A stretch of DNA of 55,259 nucleotides from Fibrobacterota bacterium. Its GTDB lineage: Bacteria; Fibrobacterota; OXYB2-FULL-49-7; JAEUSG01. A model generated the notes under the pieces. It did not search any database. It saw only the letters and a program-made list of their open reading frames with translations, and had not been told where the DNA came from. A program made the translations under genes and the position numbers. Shown here in pieces: positions 19,177 through 30,400 of the stretch (positions are counted from its first letter, which is position 1; every line of letters starts with the position of its first letter). The DNA lies in contig JAEUSG010000116.1 in assembly GCA_016788315.1 (NCBI GenBank), forward strand, positions 1 through 55,259, read 5' to 3'.

Positions 19177-19281
19177 AATATTTTCCTTTTCAAATTGAAT
19201 TGTTCCACCAAATAATACACTTAAAAAACAAAAAACGCCCTTTTTTGATAAGAGATTACAATAATTTGACTGATTTTTACA

Positions 19282-19296
19282 AATGATCAGATCATT
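19282..19296. promoter_or_regulatory. perfect 7-1-7 palindrome AATGATC-A-GATCATT upstream of the Kelch-like gene
   Basis: Read directly from the sequence. It ends 54 nt before ATG 19351, in the divergent intergenic region. Confidence 0.25.
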
Positions 19297-19350
19297 AACA
19301 GATTACTTTATATTCCGTAGATACATATCCTCAATAATCAGGAGCAGAAA

Positions 19351-22263
19351 ATGGTCAAAAACATCACATTTATTTTAATTGTCTTTTCCCTGGCGATTTT
19401 AACTTACGGCCAAACTAATCAATGGGTCAAAGTTGACAGTTCATCAACCGGCGGTGTTTTAGCTGCACCGGTTTATGCCGCATCAGCCAATGGGTTTATT
19501 TATTGGGGTTTTCGTGCAGCCACATCGGCCTCTTCGCCGGATTATGATGTTCAGAAGTTCAATGCCGCAACAGGACTTTGGAGTAACGAGTACGGCGTAC
19601 CTCCTCAACCACAGGTTACCCGCTATCCTACTGAAACGAATTTCCCATATTATTTGGAATTCGCTTTGAGTTCCGGTAAGCTTCGCCCAGTACCGCCATG
19701 CCCCAACCGCCCTGGCTGGCTTGCTTATCAAGCCTGCTATGTACCTGACTCAGGAAAAGTCTTCTATTACTGGGGAGAAAAAACATTCACTTACGATCCT
19801 ATTGCACAGAAGTTTGACAGCATCAAAACAGACACTGCTGGAAAATTCATAAATACTCCTCCATGTCTTAGCCTTGGTACACTCACCTGGGATCCAATAA
19901 ACCACGAAGTTGTGCTTTTCGGCGGAGGCTATCTGCCGCACGGAGGTAAAGGATTTGACCCCGACTGGGATCCTTCAGCTACCTGGGTATTTAGTTTTTC
20001 CACACGTCAGTGGAGAAAACTTGCGGCAACTCCTCTCCTTTTCCAAAATGCTTTCGCGGTTCTCGATTCATTCCGCCGTATCGAACGCAGATTATGGGCT
20101 GATGCGGGTCAGCACTATATGCAGCATGCTGAAATTAATCCAACCAACACACAAACTCTGCTTGCTTCGCGAACAGCTGATTTAGCCGCTTCACTTACCG
20201 CATATGGTTCAACTTTAAGTCAGGGAATCGGCTATGTCCGTCAGCAAACAGACAGTGCCGCAGCCTGTCTAAACCGGGCAGCTCTTTATTTGAGCCAGTC
20301 ATCGACACAAATCACTGCCAGTCAATTTAGTGATGCCTACCTGGGTACTCTTGACTCTGCGCAATCTCAAATTGTTCGTGCCATGGATTATATGCGCACT
20401 TCTCCTGAACCGCGTTATTACAGCCGTATGGTCTATGCAGGTAATGGCAAAATCATGCTCTTTGGCGGAACGGGTGACAAGACTTCATTATTTGACACAT
20501 GGGTTTATGATTGTGCAACCCGCTCCTGGGAACACAGATATCCGCTAACATATCCGAAAGGTTTAATAGGTGGAATATCATGCATGGATTATGATAGCCG
20601 TAATGAAGTTTGCGTGCTGGTTGACGGAAATGGTAATGTCTGGACCTATTCCGTATCTGCCAATCAGTGGAAGAAATGGAATATCCCGGCTTTAGCTTCC
20701 AACTTACGAGAATGGAACGATTTTAATTTCCTTGATTATGATAGTGTCAACGGAATTCATGTTATGACATCAACAAACGATGGTAATAATAACGGAGCCA
20801 ATCCGCGGATGACATTGACCTTGAAATTGGATCTGTCATCTGCCTCAGAGGTCTCGGTTACTTCCAATGCAGCACCTGCCTATCGTTCAACAGTCTGGCC
20901 TTCATTCAGAGCATCACTTTCCAACAGGCAAAATGTCACAGCATGGAAAACCTTTATAGACACGATGCCTAAAAACAAGATTGTTGACATCACAGGATAC
21001 ATGCCCTATCTGTGTACTGAACGGGCCTACGGCACCGGCACCTACGATACTGACCGCGATCAGCTTATTCTCTGGGGCGGCGGCCATTCTGCCTACATGG
21101 GCAGCGAGGTGTCGCAATACGACATCACAACAAACCGCTGGTATGAATCCTATGCTCCCGACTATCCTGCTCCGCCGTTCGGTGCACCTGACGGTGACGG
21201 ATGGAATAATTTCTCCGGCAACCCGGGTTCAGCACACAGCTACGCCTATTTAGGATATGATTCACGATTCAGTAAGGTGATGCTTGGAACCCGCTATTTC
21301 AACCCCGATACACGCGAATGGGAGAGCGGACGTGATTATACTGGAATACCAGGCGGGGTTCCATCGATCATTACCTCTGCCAATAAATCGCTCGGTGCTG
21401 TTGGATTTCGTGGATACCATTCCACGCATCCTTACATAGGCGTTTACATAATGAGTGATACTGCTTCAAAAATATGGCGTGAGTATCCTGCACGTTTAAA
21501 TGGTACAACAACAGAGCAATTCAAAGGTGCCTATGATACACATCGCAACAGAGTAATATTCTATGGCGTTAAGAGCGGCTCCAATACCCGGTATGATGAA
21601 ACCTGGGCATTTAGTTTAACAGATTCATCCTGGAAACAGCTTAACCCTGCTGTTTACGATTTGGCAGGCGCCGTTCAGACAACATCCATTATGCCGGATA
21701 AAGGCACATGGAACATTGCATACGATACACTCAATGACGCGGTGGGAATGTTCGGAGCAATGGGCGACGGCGGTGATTTTTGGTTGTATGACTGTAAAGC
21801 TAATTTTTGGCGCAAAGTCGGCGCTTTTTCAGGAACATCCGGTACTTTGTCTGTTGGCTATTCACTTAAAAGACAGATGTTTGTAATGTGCTATTACCGC
21901 TCACATCACTGGGGTACCGACCCTACAGGTATTGCCTATTTCAAATACGACCCATCACTTCTGACACCGCTTGCAACTGAAGCAGAGAGTCAACCTGATA
22001 ATCTGAAGGATGGTCTTGCCTGTTCACCAAACCCTTTTAATCCGGAATTACGCATCATATATAAAGTATCCAAACCGTCTGAAGTAACTTTATCTATCTA
22101 CAATATCAATGGCAGAACAATTGCCACTATGCCACAGGGAAAGGTAGATGCAGGGCAGCATTCAATCGTACTTAACGGTAAAAAACTAAGTTCAGGCGTT
22201 TACACTATACGCATGCAAATGGCAGGAAAAACATTTATAAAATCAGTTATGCTTGTGAGATAA
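19351..22263 (+). CDS. secreted Kelch-like beta-propeller protein with T9SS C-terminal sorting domain (paralog A)
   Basis: AGGAG RBS and signal peptide MVKNITFILIVFSLAILTYG. Kelch-like blades (VVLFGGGY...TWVFSFSTRQWRKL; KIMLFGGTGD...DTWVYDCATRSWEH; QLILWGGGHS...QYDITTNRWYES). The C-terminus reads CSPNPFNPELRIIYKV...GVYTIRMQMAGKTFIKSVMLVR. Confidence 0.65.
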   Translation: MVKNITFILIVFSLAILTYGQTNQWVKVDSSSTGGVLAAPVYAASANGFIYWGFRAATSASSPDYDVQKFNAATGLWSNEYGVPPQPQVTRYPTETNFPYYLEFALSSGKLRPVPPCPNRPGWLAYQACYVPDSGKVFYYWGEKTFTYDPIAQKFDSIKTDTAGKFINTPPCLSLGTLTWDPINHEVVLFGGGYLPHGGKGFDPDWDPSATWVFSFSTRQWRKLAATPLLFQNAFAVLDSFRRIERRLWADAGQHYMQHAEINPTNTQTLLASRTADLAASLTAYGSTLSQGIGYVRQQTDSAAACLNRAALYLSQSSTQITASQFSDAYLGTLDSAQSQIVRAMDYMRTSPEPRYYSRMVYAGNGKIMLFGGTGDKTSLFDTWVYDCATRSWEHRYPLTYPKGLIGGISCMDYDSRNEVCVLVDGNGNVWTYSVSANQWKKWNIPALASNLREWNDFNFLDYDSVNGIHVMTSTNDGNNNGANPRMTLTLKLDLSSASEVSVTSNAAPAYRSTVWPSFRASLSNRQNVTAWKTFIDTMPKNKIVDITGYMPYLCTERAYGTGTYDTDRDQLILWGGGHSAYMGSEVSQYDITTNRWYESYAPDYPAPPFGAPDGDGWNNFSGNPGSAHSYAYLGYDSRFSKVMLGTRYFNPDTREWESGRDYTGIPGGVPSIITSANKSLGAVGFRGYHSTHPYIGVYIMSDTASKIWREYPARLNGTTTEQFKGAYDTHRNRVIFYGVKSGSNTRYDETWAFSLTDSSWKQLNPAVYDLAGAVQTTSIMPDKGTWNIAYDTLNDAVGMFGAMGDGGDFWLYDCKANFWRKVGAFSGTSGTLSVGYSLKRQMFVMCYYRSHHWGTDPTGIAYFKYDPSLLTPLATEAESQPDNLKDGLACSPNPFNPELRIIYKVSKPSEVTLSIYNINGRTIATMPQGKVDAGQHSIVLNGKKLSSGVYTIRMQMAGKTFIKSVMLVR

Positions 22264-23133
22264 TCTGAACTGTTTGGGGGTAATACCGGTCAACTGCTTA
22301 AAAGTTTTTGAGAAGTGACTTTCGTCGTAAAAACCTGTTTCTCCTATAATGGATTTTATTTGAGCGCCCTTCAGCAGGAGAGATTTTGCACTCTCTATCC
22401 TCATGATAGTAAGAGTCTGCATGGGACTCTCTCCAGTCTCTTTTTTGTATTGCCTGTAAAGGGTTGGCGTGCTGAGTTTAAACTTATTCGCCAGATCGTC
22501 TATTGCATGTTGAGCAGGCAAATTGGCCAGAAAAAAAGATCTTACCTGTTCTGCCAAACTTGCCTCCTCTTTTATTACACCCCTTGGTTCCGGCAGAGAC
22601 CAGATTCCGTCAGACGGCGCTGCAGCAGATGAAGACAGCAATAAATCAATAAGTGAGAATAAAGAGGACATTACCTTCAGAAATCCGCCCTCCTGGTTCT
22701 TTCCTCCGGTTTCCGCCATGCCAACAATCATTTTTCTAACCGCATCTGTGCTGGCAGCTGAAAAACATGCAAAACCGGTATTAGCTCCTATCAGCTTTTT
22801 TAACCCTGCAATCTCTCCTCCCATAAAATCAATATAGATATAGCGTGCCGGAGTTCCAGCGTTTGGAAAGTTTTCCCAGAATGGTGTTTTAGGCGGTATC
22901 AGCCATACAGTTCCAGGACTATTCTTATGCCATGGATTTCGAGGACTTTTAAATTTGTAATAACCGCAATCCGTTATTGAATAGGTAATAGACCAGTAGG
23001 GATGACATATTTTTTTCTCCATTTGATCCGAAAAAAAGGTGGTGCAATAATAGGCACTAAGAACCCTTGGGAAAAACTGGATGTAACTGCGCTTTAACTC
23101 AAAATTGTGCCCAAAAAGGCGATATTTTTCCAT
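22243..23133 (-). CDS. AraC/XylS family transcriptional regulator (cytoplasmic, cupin-like N-domain)
   Basis: C-terminal double HTH (LANKFKLSTPTLYRQYKKETGESPMQ...GFYDESHFSKTFKQLTGITPKQFR). Its 3' end overlaps the convergent Kelch gene by 21 nt. Confidence 0.8.
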   Translation of the reverse strand: MEKYRLFGHNFELKRSYIQFFPRVLSAYYCTTFFSDQMEKKICHPYWSITYSITDCGYYKFKSPRNPWHKNSPGTVWLIPPKTPFWENFPNAGTPARYIYIDFMGGEIAGLKKLIGANTGFACFSAASTDAVRKMIVGMAETGGKNQEGGFLKVMSSLFSLIDLLLSSSAAAPSDGIWSLPEPRGVIKEEASLAEQVRSFFLANLPAQHAIDDLANKFKLSTPTLYRQYKKETGESPMQTLTIMRIESAKSLLLKGAQIKSIIGETGFYDESHFSKTFKQLTGITPKQFRLSHKHN

Positions 23134-23166
23134 AGTATATAAACAAATCTACAATATATTGATAGG

Positions 23167-23217
23167 AATATACAAATTGTAATATACACCATAAGACTAT
23201 ATTTAAAAGCATATACA
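23167..23217. promoter_or_regulatory. three direct copies of ATATACA in the araC / GH16 divergent promoter
   Basis: AATATACA at 23167-23174 and 23181-23188 (14-bp phasing), and ATATACA at 23211-23217 next to the GH16 RBS. Confidence 0.3.
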
Positions 23218-23226
23218 GGAGGAATT

Positions 23227-24801
23227 ATGCTCAAGTTTCATCACATTTCAATAGTATTATACTTAACAGCTTTTCTGTATTCATTGCCGACAGTAATCAG
23301 TTCCAACTATGAATTAAAATGGCAGGATGAATTTGACGGTTCAGCATTCGATACAACAAAATGGGATTACAGGTTACTCGGTCCAAGGAGAATAGCGGTT
23401 CAAGTAAAAGAAGCTGTAAAAACTGATGGTGCCGGTCATCTATTTATAACTGCATCAAAAGTTGGTACCGAATATCACACAGGAATGATCTCCTCTTTCG
23501 GTAAATATGAAACAACCTACGGATATTTCGAATGTCGTGCCAAATTGGGTCGTGCATCGGGCCCATGGTCCGCTTTCTGGATAAGCGATACCTCTGTAAA
23601 ACATGACGACATTGATTACACCAAAAATGGAACCGAAATCGATATATATGAGTACTTTCAGTACAAAAAAGACCAGGTTCAGCATAATCTCCATTGGGGA
23701 GGATACACGACTCTGCACCAGACAGTTGGTCATACAAGGACACAAAATAATCTAGATACAGGCTGGCACACATTCGGTGTTGAATGGACTGAAACTGCAT
23801 ATAAGTTTTATGTAGATGATGTTTTATCCTGGACTACAACATCCGCAATTTCTCCTATTTCTGAATACATGATTTTAAGTGTAGAAATGGATAGCTGGTC
23901 TGGCTTAATACCTTCACAGCTGCCGGATACAACATTCTGGGATTATGTAAGAGTTTACAAAAGAAAGGATACTCTCTCTATTGATACTCTTACGACGATA
24001 CCTCCATCTGACACAGACCACGTACGCTGGTTGAAACCTGCTGCCGATGGTTCTGTTCGTGGTGGCTCATATGCAACTGTTAATTATGGAGCTGTTGGCC
24101 TTTACGTAAAGGGTTCGCCTGATGTTGGCTATGCAAGAGAGACTTATCTACGTTTTGACTTGAGCGGGATTCCTTTCAGTAAACTTGCCTCTGCAAAATT
24201 AAACATGAACTTATTCAGCACCGATTTAATCTCTCCGTTAACTTTTCATGCGTATTCTGTGCAGGAAAACAGCTGGACCGAAATGGGATTAAACTGGAAT
24301 AATAAGCCGCCCTTACGCAAATCTATTGCTTCTGCTATTATTGATACGCCTATAAATCAATATAATTCCTGGGATTTAACCACGTTTGTAGATTCTGTTT
24401 TCAACAGCAGCAAAATATTTACTATTTGCATTCGCGATACATCAAAGATTGATAGACTGGCTATATTTCGCAGTCGTGAATCAGCAGGTGGTTATCCCTA
24501 TTTGGAACTTATTTCTGACGCTGCCCATGTTTCTTCATCAAAACCTTTTCGTGAACAAACGCAATCACCTCTATTAAAAGCTGCACCAAACCCATTTACT
24601 GAAACGGTCAGCATTCAGTTATCAAATCTATATAAAGCGCGTATTGAAATTTTCAATTCTAATGGGAAATGTGTATCACATTGTACAACTAACAATGGCA
24701 AATATGACTGGAATGCCTCTAACATGCCAGCTGGGGTATACTTAGTCAGAGCGGGGTCAGGATCAGCAATGACAGTAAAGAAATTGTTATTGACCAGATA
24801 A
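23227..24801 (+). CDS. secreted GH16 family glycoside hydrolase with DNRLRE-like domain and T9SS sorting domain
   Basis: Signal peptide present. LKWQDEFDG...KWDY and the GH16 catalytic E-x-D-x-x-E motif in GTEIDIYEY. The middle domain (NYGAVGLYVKG...ETYLRFDLSGIPFSKLASAKLNMNL) is DNRLRE-like. The C-terminus reads AAPNPFTETVSIQL...GVYLVRAGSGSAMTVKKLLLTR. Confidence 0.8.
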   Translation: MLKFHHISIVLYLTAFLYSLPTVISSNYELKWQDEFDGSAFDTTKWDYRLLGPRRIAVQVKEAVKTDGAGHLFITASKVGTEYHTGMISSFGKYETTYGYFECRAKLGRASGPWSAFWISDTSVKHDDIDYTKNGTEIDIYEYFQYKKDQVQHNLHWGGYTTLHQTVGHTRTQNNLDTGWHTFGVEWTETAYKFYVDDVLSWTTTSAISPISEYMILSVEMDSWSGLIPSQLPDTTFWDYVRVYKRKDTLSIDTLTTIPPSDTDHVRWLKPAADGSVRGGSYATVNYGAVGLYVKGSPDVGYARETYLRFDLSGIPFSKLASAKLNMNLFSTDLISPLTFHAYSVQENSWTEMGLNWNNKPPLRKSIASAIIDTPINQYNSWDLTTFVDSVFNSSKIFTICIRDTSKIDRLAIFRSRESAGGYPYLELISDAAHVSSSKPFREQTQSPLLKAAPNPFTETVSIQLSNLYKARIEIFNSNGKCVSHCTTNNGKYDWNASNMPAGVYLVRAGSGSAMTVKKLLLTR

Positions 24802-24808
24802 AATCCAA

Positions 24809-27346
24809 TTATCTGGTCTTAATAATTCTTCTTGTTAAAGCTGTATTACCGGACACTATTTTCGCAAAATAGATTCCTGAAGGTAATATGACACCTTCTC
24901 TATCCCTTCCATCCCAAGAGACATTATACACTCCACTCTTTTTCTCACTATGATCAAGCGTTTTTACAATTCTTCCTTTTAAATCATAAAGTGCTATTGA
25001 GACAAGTCCATCTTTTACCAAAGAATACTTCAGAGAAATTTCTGACACAAAAGGATTTGGCATGACATTCAATGAAAATGCAATCGGTGATTTTGAATTT
25101 ACTTCTGTAACTACACCAGGCTCAGAGCTGTATCTGAAAGCATATGTAGGTTGCCCTTTGCTTGAACCTATAAAAACTTTATGCCTTCTGTCAAATGCAA
25201 AATGTTCACCCATGCCTGGTGTTGCGCTATCCAGCTGCATCAGAGTCCATGTTCTGGTGCGAACTGTGTATGCATAGGTTTTTCCGTCTCCAACCGCCAA
25301 AATCACATTATTAAATGGATCATATGCTATTGTTGCTCGGGTATTTGCATTAAGAGCATACCCTACCGGATATGGCAATGTATCCCAAACACCTGCAGAA
25401 TTTACAGTACGAAACTTCAGTGCCGCTTTATCAATCATGGCCAATACTCCAAGACTGTCTATGAAATCTCCATAGGTATATCTAACTGGTGTTGTTGCAG
25501 CAGTAAATGGATTTGTTGTTGTGCTCAAAACCCACGAGAGGTCTGTTGTCGAAAATGTTCTAAGATTGTTGCTGTAGTTAGGCAGAAAAAGCGCCTTCTT
25601 TGTTACCGGATCAAGTCCGCATGATACACCATATGCTACGCCGTAAGTTGGACTTGAGACATACTCGAACTTATCCTTAAACGGTACATACTTCCACATG
25701 CCAACTCCGCCTGTCCAGTCAATTGGAATTGTTGCAGCCAGATAATTTCCGGCAGTACCGCTTGCAAACCAGATACAGCTGTTATCCGGATCTCCAATGT
25801 AATATCTGGTGCATCCGTTCTCCGGTCTAGGTGATCCGCAAGGGTCGGTCGGGCGAATTGCAAACCATCTTTCAATTGCAGGATCGTAAGCAACGAGGTC
25901 ATTGCCGTAGCCGCTGGCAAAGGTTGTCCCGGAATTTCCGCATCCGCCGAACTTGACAAGATAACCGCTGGTCGGATCATATTTCAAAGGAATTTCATCT
26001 CCTCCGATACTCTTTCCTGCTAATTTCACCCACTTATTATACTGTAAAGTAAGAAGCTTCTGGTTTGGAGGATATTTTTTAAAAACTGAATCCGTTGGCG
26101 TCACTGCCGGTAACGGCGGCAGTGCAGGCAGACTTAAACTGCTCATAACCGGTGAACCTGCCGGCTGAAATCTTAATGCCCAAACACCATAGGCAGGTGA
26201 AGAAACAACAAGGGTTCTATTTGAAACATCAAAATCTGAGGCCTGAATAAAGACGAGACGTCCATTCTTTGCACCTGGATAAAAAGGGGTGAGATTCGTT
26301 GTCGGGCTGCCTTTCAGAAGCGGAATTACAGGTTTGCCGACATTACTAAGCGGTGTCCATTGACCAGTTGACAGATCGAGTGTCCATGTATCTTCAAGTA
26401 CTGCACCACCGCCGCGATAGGCATATCCGTATGTTCCTTTTACCCCGCCTGTTCCGCCATGAATGACTATAAGATGACTAACAGGATCATAAACTACTGC
26501 TGCACCTACACGCATCGGCGGATTAAGAGTAGAATTCAGTTTTGTCCATGTGTTAGTTGCATAATTATATGTCCATGTTTCAGCCTTCTCACAGTTTAAA
26601 CTATCCTTTGCTACTGAATGCGTATCACGCACCATGTAAACTGTCAGACCAAAATGAGTCGCATGAACAAATGGAGCTGCAAAAGAAGCACTTTTCGGAG
26701 AACCGGGAGTGGATTTGCTCTCCCACGCATTGGTATTTGGGTTGTAGATTTTAGTGGCATCGCGGTTTGTCATGTAGTCCCATGATCCATCATAAGCCGG
26801 AGCACGCACAATACGATCATTGGTAGAATCATAAACAATTGGTGTCTGGTTTCCAATCGGACAGCCTGTAGAATTCATTTTTGTAAATTCATTTGTTGCA
26901 GGATCAAATTTCCACATATCGCTATACAGTCCGTTGTTGTACTGTGCAGCTGTTCCGCTTCCGCCGAACATCCAGATAACCTTTCGCTTGCTGTCATATG
27001 CCATACTCCACCATGGACCGGCGCCGGGTCGATTTGTTGGAGAAGGCCAGGAATAATCGGGAGCCTTAAGCATTGACCATTTTCTTTGGATTAAACTGAA
27101 AGAATAAAGGTCATTACTTTCAGTAGGAGAATATCCGCCATATCGATAGAACTTCGAAGAATCAGGAAAGTAACACATATACGCACCCTGGCCAGGTTCC
27201 GCTTCCCTTCCATAAGGATCTGCTGGTATTTCAGCAATTTTTGTCCAGACATTTACAGGTAGATCAAGAGTCCCTGTTACAGGTTCCGGATTCCAAGCTA
27301 CAACAAATGAGAAAGCTAGCATCATTATAAATACTGCATTTACCAT
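24809..27346 (-). CDS. secreted Kelch-like beta-propeller protein with T9SS sorting domain (paralog B)
   Basis: Signal peptide MVNAVFIMMLAFSFVVA. Blades KVIWMFGGSG...DMWKFDPATNEFTKM and LIVIHGGTGG...DTWTLDLSTGQWTPL. The C-terminus reads VMPNPFVSEISLKY...GIYFAKIVSGNTALTRRIIKTR. Confidence 0.6.
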   Translation of the reverse strand: MVNAVFIMMLAFSFVVAWNPEPVTGTLDLPVNVWTKIAEIPADPYGREAEPGQGAYMCYFPDSSKFYRYGGYSPTESNDLYSFSLIQRKWSMLKAPDYSWPSPTNRPGAGPWWSMAYDSKRKVIWMFGGSGTAAQYNNGLYSDMWKFDPATNEFTKMNSTGCPIGNQTPIVYDSTNDRIVRAPAYDGSWDYMTNRDATKIYNPNTNAWESKSTPGSPKSASFAAPFVHATHFGLTVYMVRDTHSVAKDSLNCEKAETWTYNYATNTWTKLNSTLNPPMRVGAAVVYDPVSHLIVIHGGTGGVKGTYGYAYRGGGAVLEDTWTLDLSTGQWTPLSNVGKPVIPLLKGSPTTNLTPFYPGAKNGRLVFIQASDFDVSNRTLVVSSPAYGVWALRFQPAGSPVMSSLSLPALPPLPAVTPTDSVFKKYPPNQKLLTLQYNKWVKLAGKSIGGDEIPLKYDPTSGYLVKFGGCGNSGTTFASGYGNDLVAYDPAIERWFAIRPTDPCGSPRPENGCTRYYIGDPDNSCIWFASGTAGNYLAATIPIDWTGGVGMWKYVPFKDKFEYVSSPTYGVAYGVSCGLDPVTKKALFLPNYSNNLRTFSTTDLSWVLSTTTNPFTAATTPVRYTYGDFIDSLGVLAMIDKAALKFRTVNSAGVWDTLPYPVGYALNANTRATIAYDPFNNVILAVGDGKTYAYTVRTRTWTLMQLDSATPGMGEHFAFDRRHKVFIGSSKGQPTYAFRYSSEPGVVTEVNSKSPIAFSLNVMPNPFVSEISLKYSLVKDGLVSIALYDLKGRIVKTLDHSEKKSGVYNVSWDGRDREGVILPSGIYFAKIVSGNTALTRRIIKTR

Positions 27347-27435
27347 ATAATCCCCTTTTTTTATTAAAATCGATATTATTATAGTAATGATAGTCTAATC
27401 AATGATGTTTCGCAACTATTCCTATACTACTAGTA

Positions 27436-30400
27436 TTATTTCATCAAAGTTATTCTTCGAAAAAAGAGCTTTCCGTTTATCTGTGCGCCTATTACATATA
27501 TACCGCTGCTAAACTTGAAAGCATCCCACACGACTACCCCCTTTGATGAAACTCTGCTTGTGAGATCAGCAACCTTACGTCCTTTCACATCAAATATACC
27601 AACACTTGAAGCCTGCTGTGACCAACCTTTAATGCTGATAGAAATTGAAGGGTTAAAGGGGTTTGGTGATACGCAGATTTCTTTGGGCAATTTACTGTTA
27701 TCAAAACCATATTCAACTTCTACAGAAAGCGTATCCTGTTCAACAGAATTGTCGCGAATTGCCTTCAAGGAAAAGTTATATGTTTTTGCTGGATTAAGTC
27801 CCTCAACAGTAAAACTTGTTGAACTGCTTAGTGGTCCTTTGGATGGTTCATTTGCTGCCCAGAAGTTTACATTTGCAGTTGTATCAAATTCATATGTCCT
27901 TGATATTCTATTAAAGTTAAGATTAGGTACTATATTATTTTCAGAATACTTCAGGATATAACGAGTTACCCCTCCTGTTGGCCGGTTCCAATTTAATGTC
28001 CAGCTGCCATTTCCATTGTTTACTGTGTTCAATACGGGATAGGATACTTGTAATGAATCCTTGCGATTATAATCGTAAATAAATCTCAACATTGACAATT
28101 TATTAAAGTACTCGTCGCAATTTGTTGCATTGTAAACATGATAATACAGTCTTTTACCTGTCTCAAGAAATTGGGTATCACCTGTTTCTTCGAAGGCAAA
28201 TGCCTGCAGGAATGTTGCATCACTTGAGTAGGTGGCATTTGATGTATCTGTCTGGACAGAATCAATATTATAATCGTAGAAAGTACCGTAGCTACCTGGA
28301 CGGCGAACAAACTGTTCCTTCTCATTAAAGTAAGCAAGCCCTAAAAGGCGGTCACGAAGTTTGTGCAGCATAGCGGTTGAATCTGAAAACAGCGCAGGGA
28401 GCATAGAATAAACAAGTCCTGAATTTTCTGCATGTTTCTCTAATGTAAAAAAAGAGTGAACAATTCGAGAACCAGTGGCTGATGCTGCAGCCTTGGCACT
28501 CCAGAATCCTCGTTTTAAATCCCAACCAGGCTTTGTATGATCGGCATCTGATGCGTTTGGATAAATAAGATTCTGCAAGACAAATTGAAGAAATGATCTT
28601 TCAATAGAATCGGGAGGTGTTATGAAATTTCCTGCCACAACATCACGCATATCATAGGTATACACCCTTTCATAACCGACTGAATTACCGGCTAAGAGAT
28701 TCTTTTTAGCCTCCCATCGGTGATGTTTACGGTGATTTACCATATCACGCCAATTCTCTTTAACTCTTTCATCTCCGGTGAGGTAATACCACGGTATGAT
28801 TCCGAGCCAGTGAGGATGCTCTCCTTCAAAATACATCTTGTAGCCCATACCAATACCGTTGGCAGTATTGGAACCTGAAAGAGGGAGTGAGACATTAATA
28901 TTTCCACTTAGAGCCGAGAGTTCAAAATCCCACGCATGCTGTATCGGGTAGTCACACATTCCATTAATCCACCCTTCCGCGAGAAGCCAAAGTCCGCCCC
29001 AACCTGTCTGCAAAGCACGAAGTATCGCAGCATCCGCGTGCATCATGTTTCCATCAGGCCCTCCGCCGGAACTTGCAGCTATCCGACAAGGGCCGATTTT
29101 TGAGAAGCCGGTATTCCATATGGGATTTACGCTTTCACTTGCATTAAATGGTCTGAAATTGGTCACTCCACCATGAACGCTCAAAAAGTTTTTCATCTCG
29201 GCAAAGTCCGGTAACCTCTTTTCTCCGAGATAAGCTCCGGTTCTGCGATATCGATCAAAGTCAACTAGTGCAAAAAGGGGATAATCAGCCTGGTGTGAAA
29301 GATCTGCAGCCGAAACTGAGCTGCCGAATGTCAGCAAAAACTCTCGTGTTTCATGAGCATAAAATGAAAATTTTACAGCAGAATCGCGATCGTTTGATAT
29401 GAATGCTATGTCGAAAGTTCCATCTGTACCGAGTTTAAAACCGCCGGCCCACCAGCCGGAAAGCTGCTTATATACAGCTGCAATTCTTTTACCGTTAGAT
29501 GTCAATTCAGCCTTTCCGTCTGAATAATCGGCAGAATCACTCCAGTCATGAAGCACTGTATTACCCTTCTTAACACGATACCCTTTTCCAACACCCCAAC
29601 GACTTGCATACGATTGATAGCCTCTGTCCCTGAAAAATGAGTAGCCCTGAACCATTGATATCGGCTCTGTTATATTGCCGTTAATGACACCATCCGTGCC
29701 TGATAGAGAAAATGTGGGTGAAACAGTTAGTCCAGTTTTTAAAGACCAGTGCAATCCCTGAACAGAAACAGGCGCTGTTTGAGCACGCAAATCATTTTTA
29801 AGTGTTAAAATTGATCTAATAGTGGGAGATCCTTTTACAAAATGGAGGCGCAATGAATAACGCATACAAACTGAATCTGATCCTGCCCGTTGAAACACTC
29901 CTCGAATAAGAATACAGGTACGATATGGGCCGTTTTCTTCAATCACAGCACTACAGGAGTCCTCATCTGCATTCGAACTCCAACTATGTCCATTAGCCGT
30001 AAGGTTCAGCCCTCCGACATTTCCTGCTTCAATATAACTCACACCGTCAACTGTAAGCTGTTCAATAATATTCACCGGCTTTTTCAATATGGTGGCTGAT
30101 AAGACACCTGTTGACAAAGCTATTACCGATCCGTTATCCGCAGCCAATGTGGCTGATGACTGGCCGTTTCCATTAACAAGGTGATATACAGCCGTATCAG
30201 ATGCTGAAACTGTTGCCGGAAAGTCTGCAAGCAGCCAGCGGATATTGCCTGAAGGATAGCGTTCAAGTACACGAAATTGATACACTGAAAGGTTTTGTAT
30301 TGCTATTTGATTTGTTGATGATATACCCTCTTTATCCATAAGTGGAATGCCAAGTTTTACCGGTTCATTTGTACGGTTCCAGCCTGAAATAATGTTTGCC

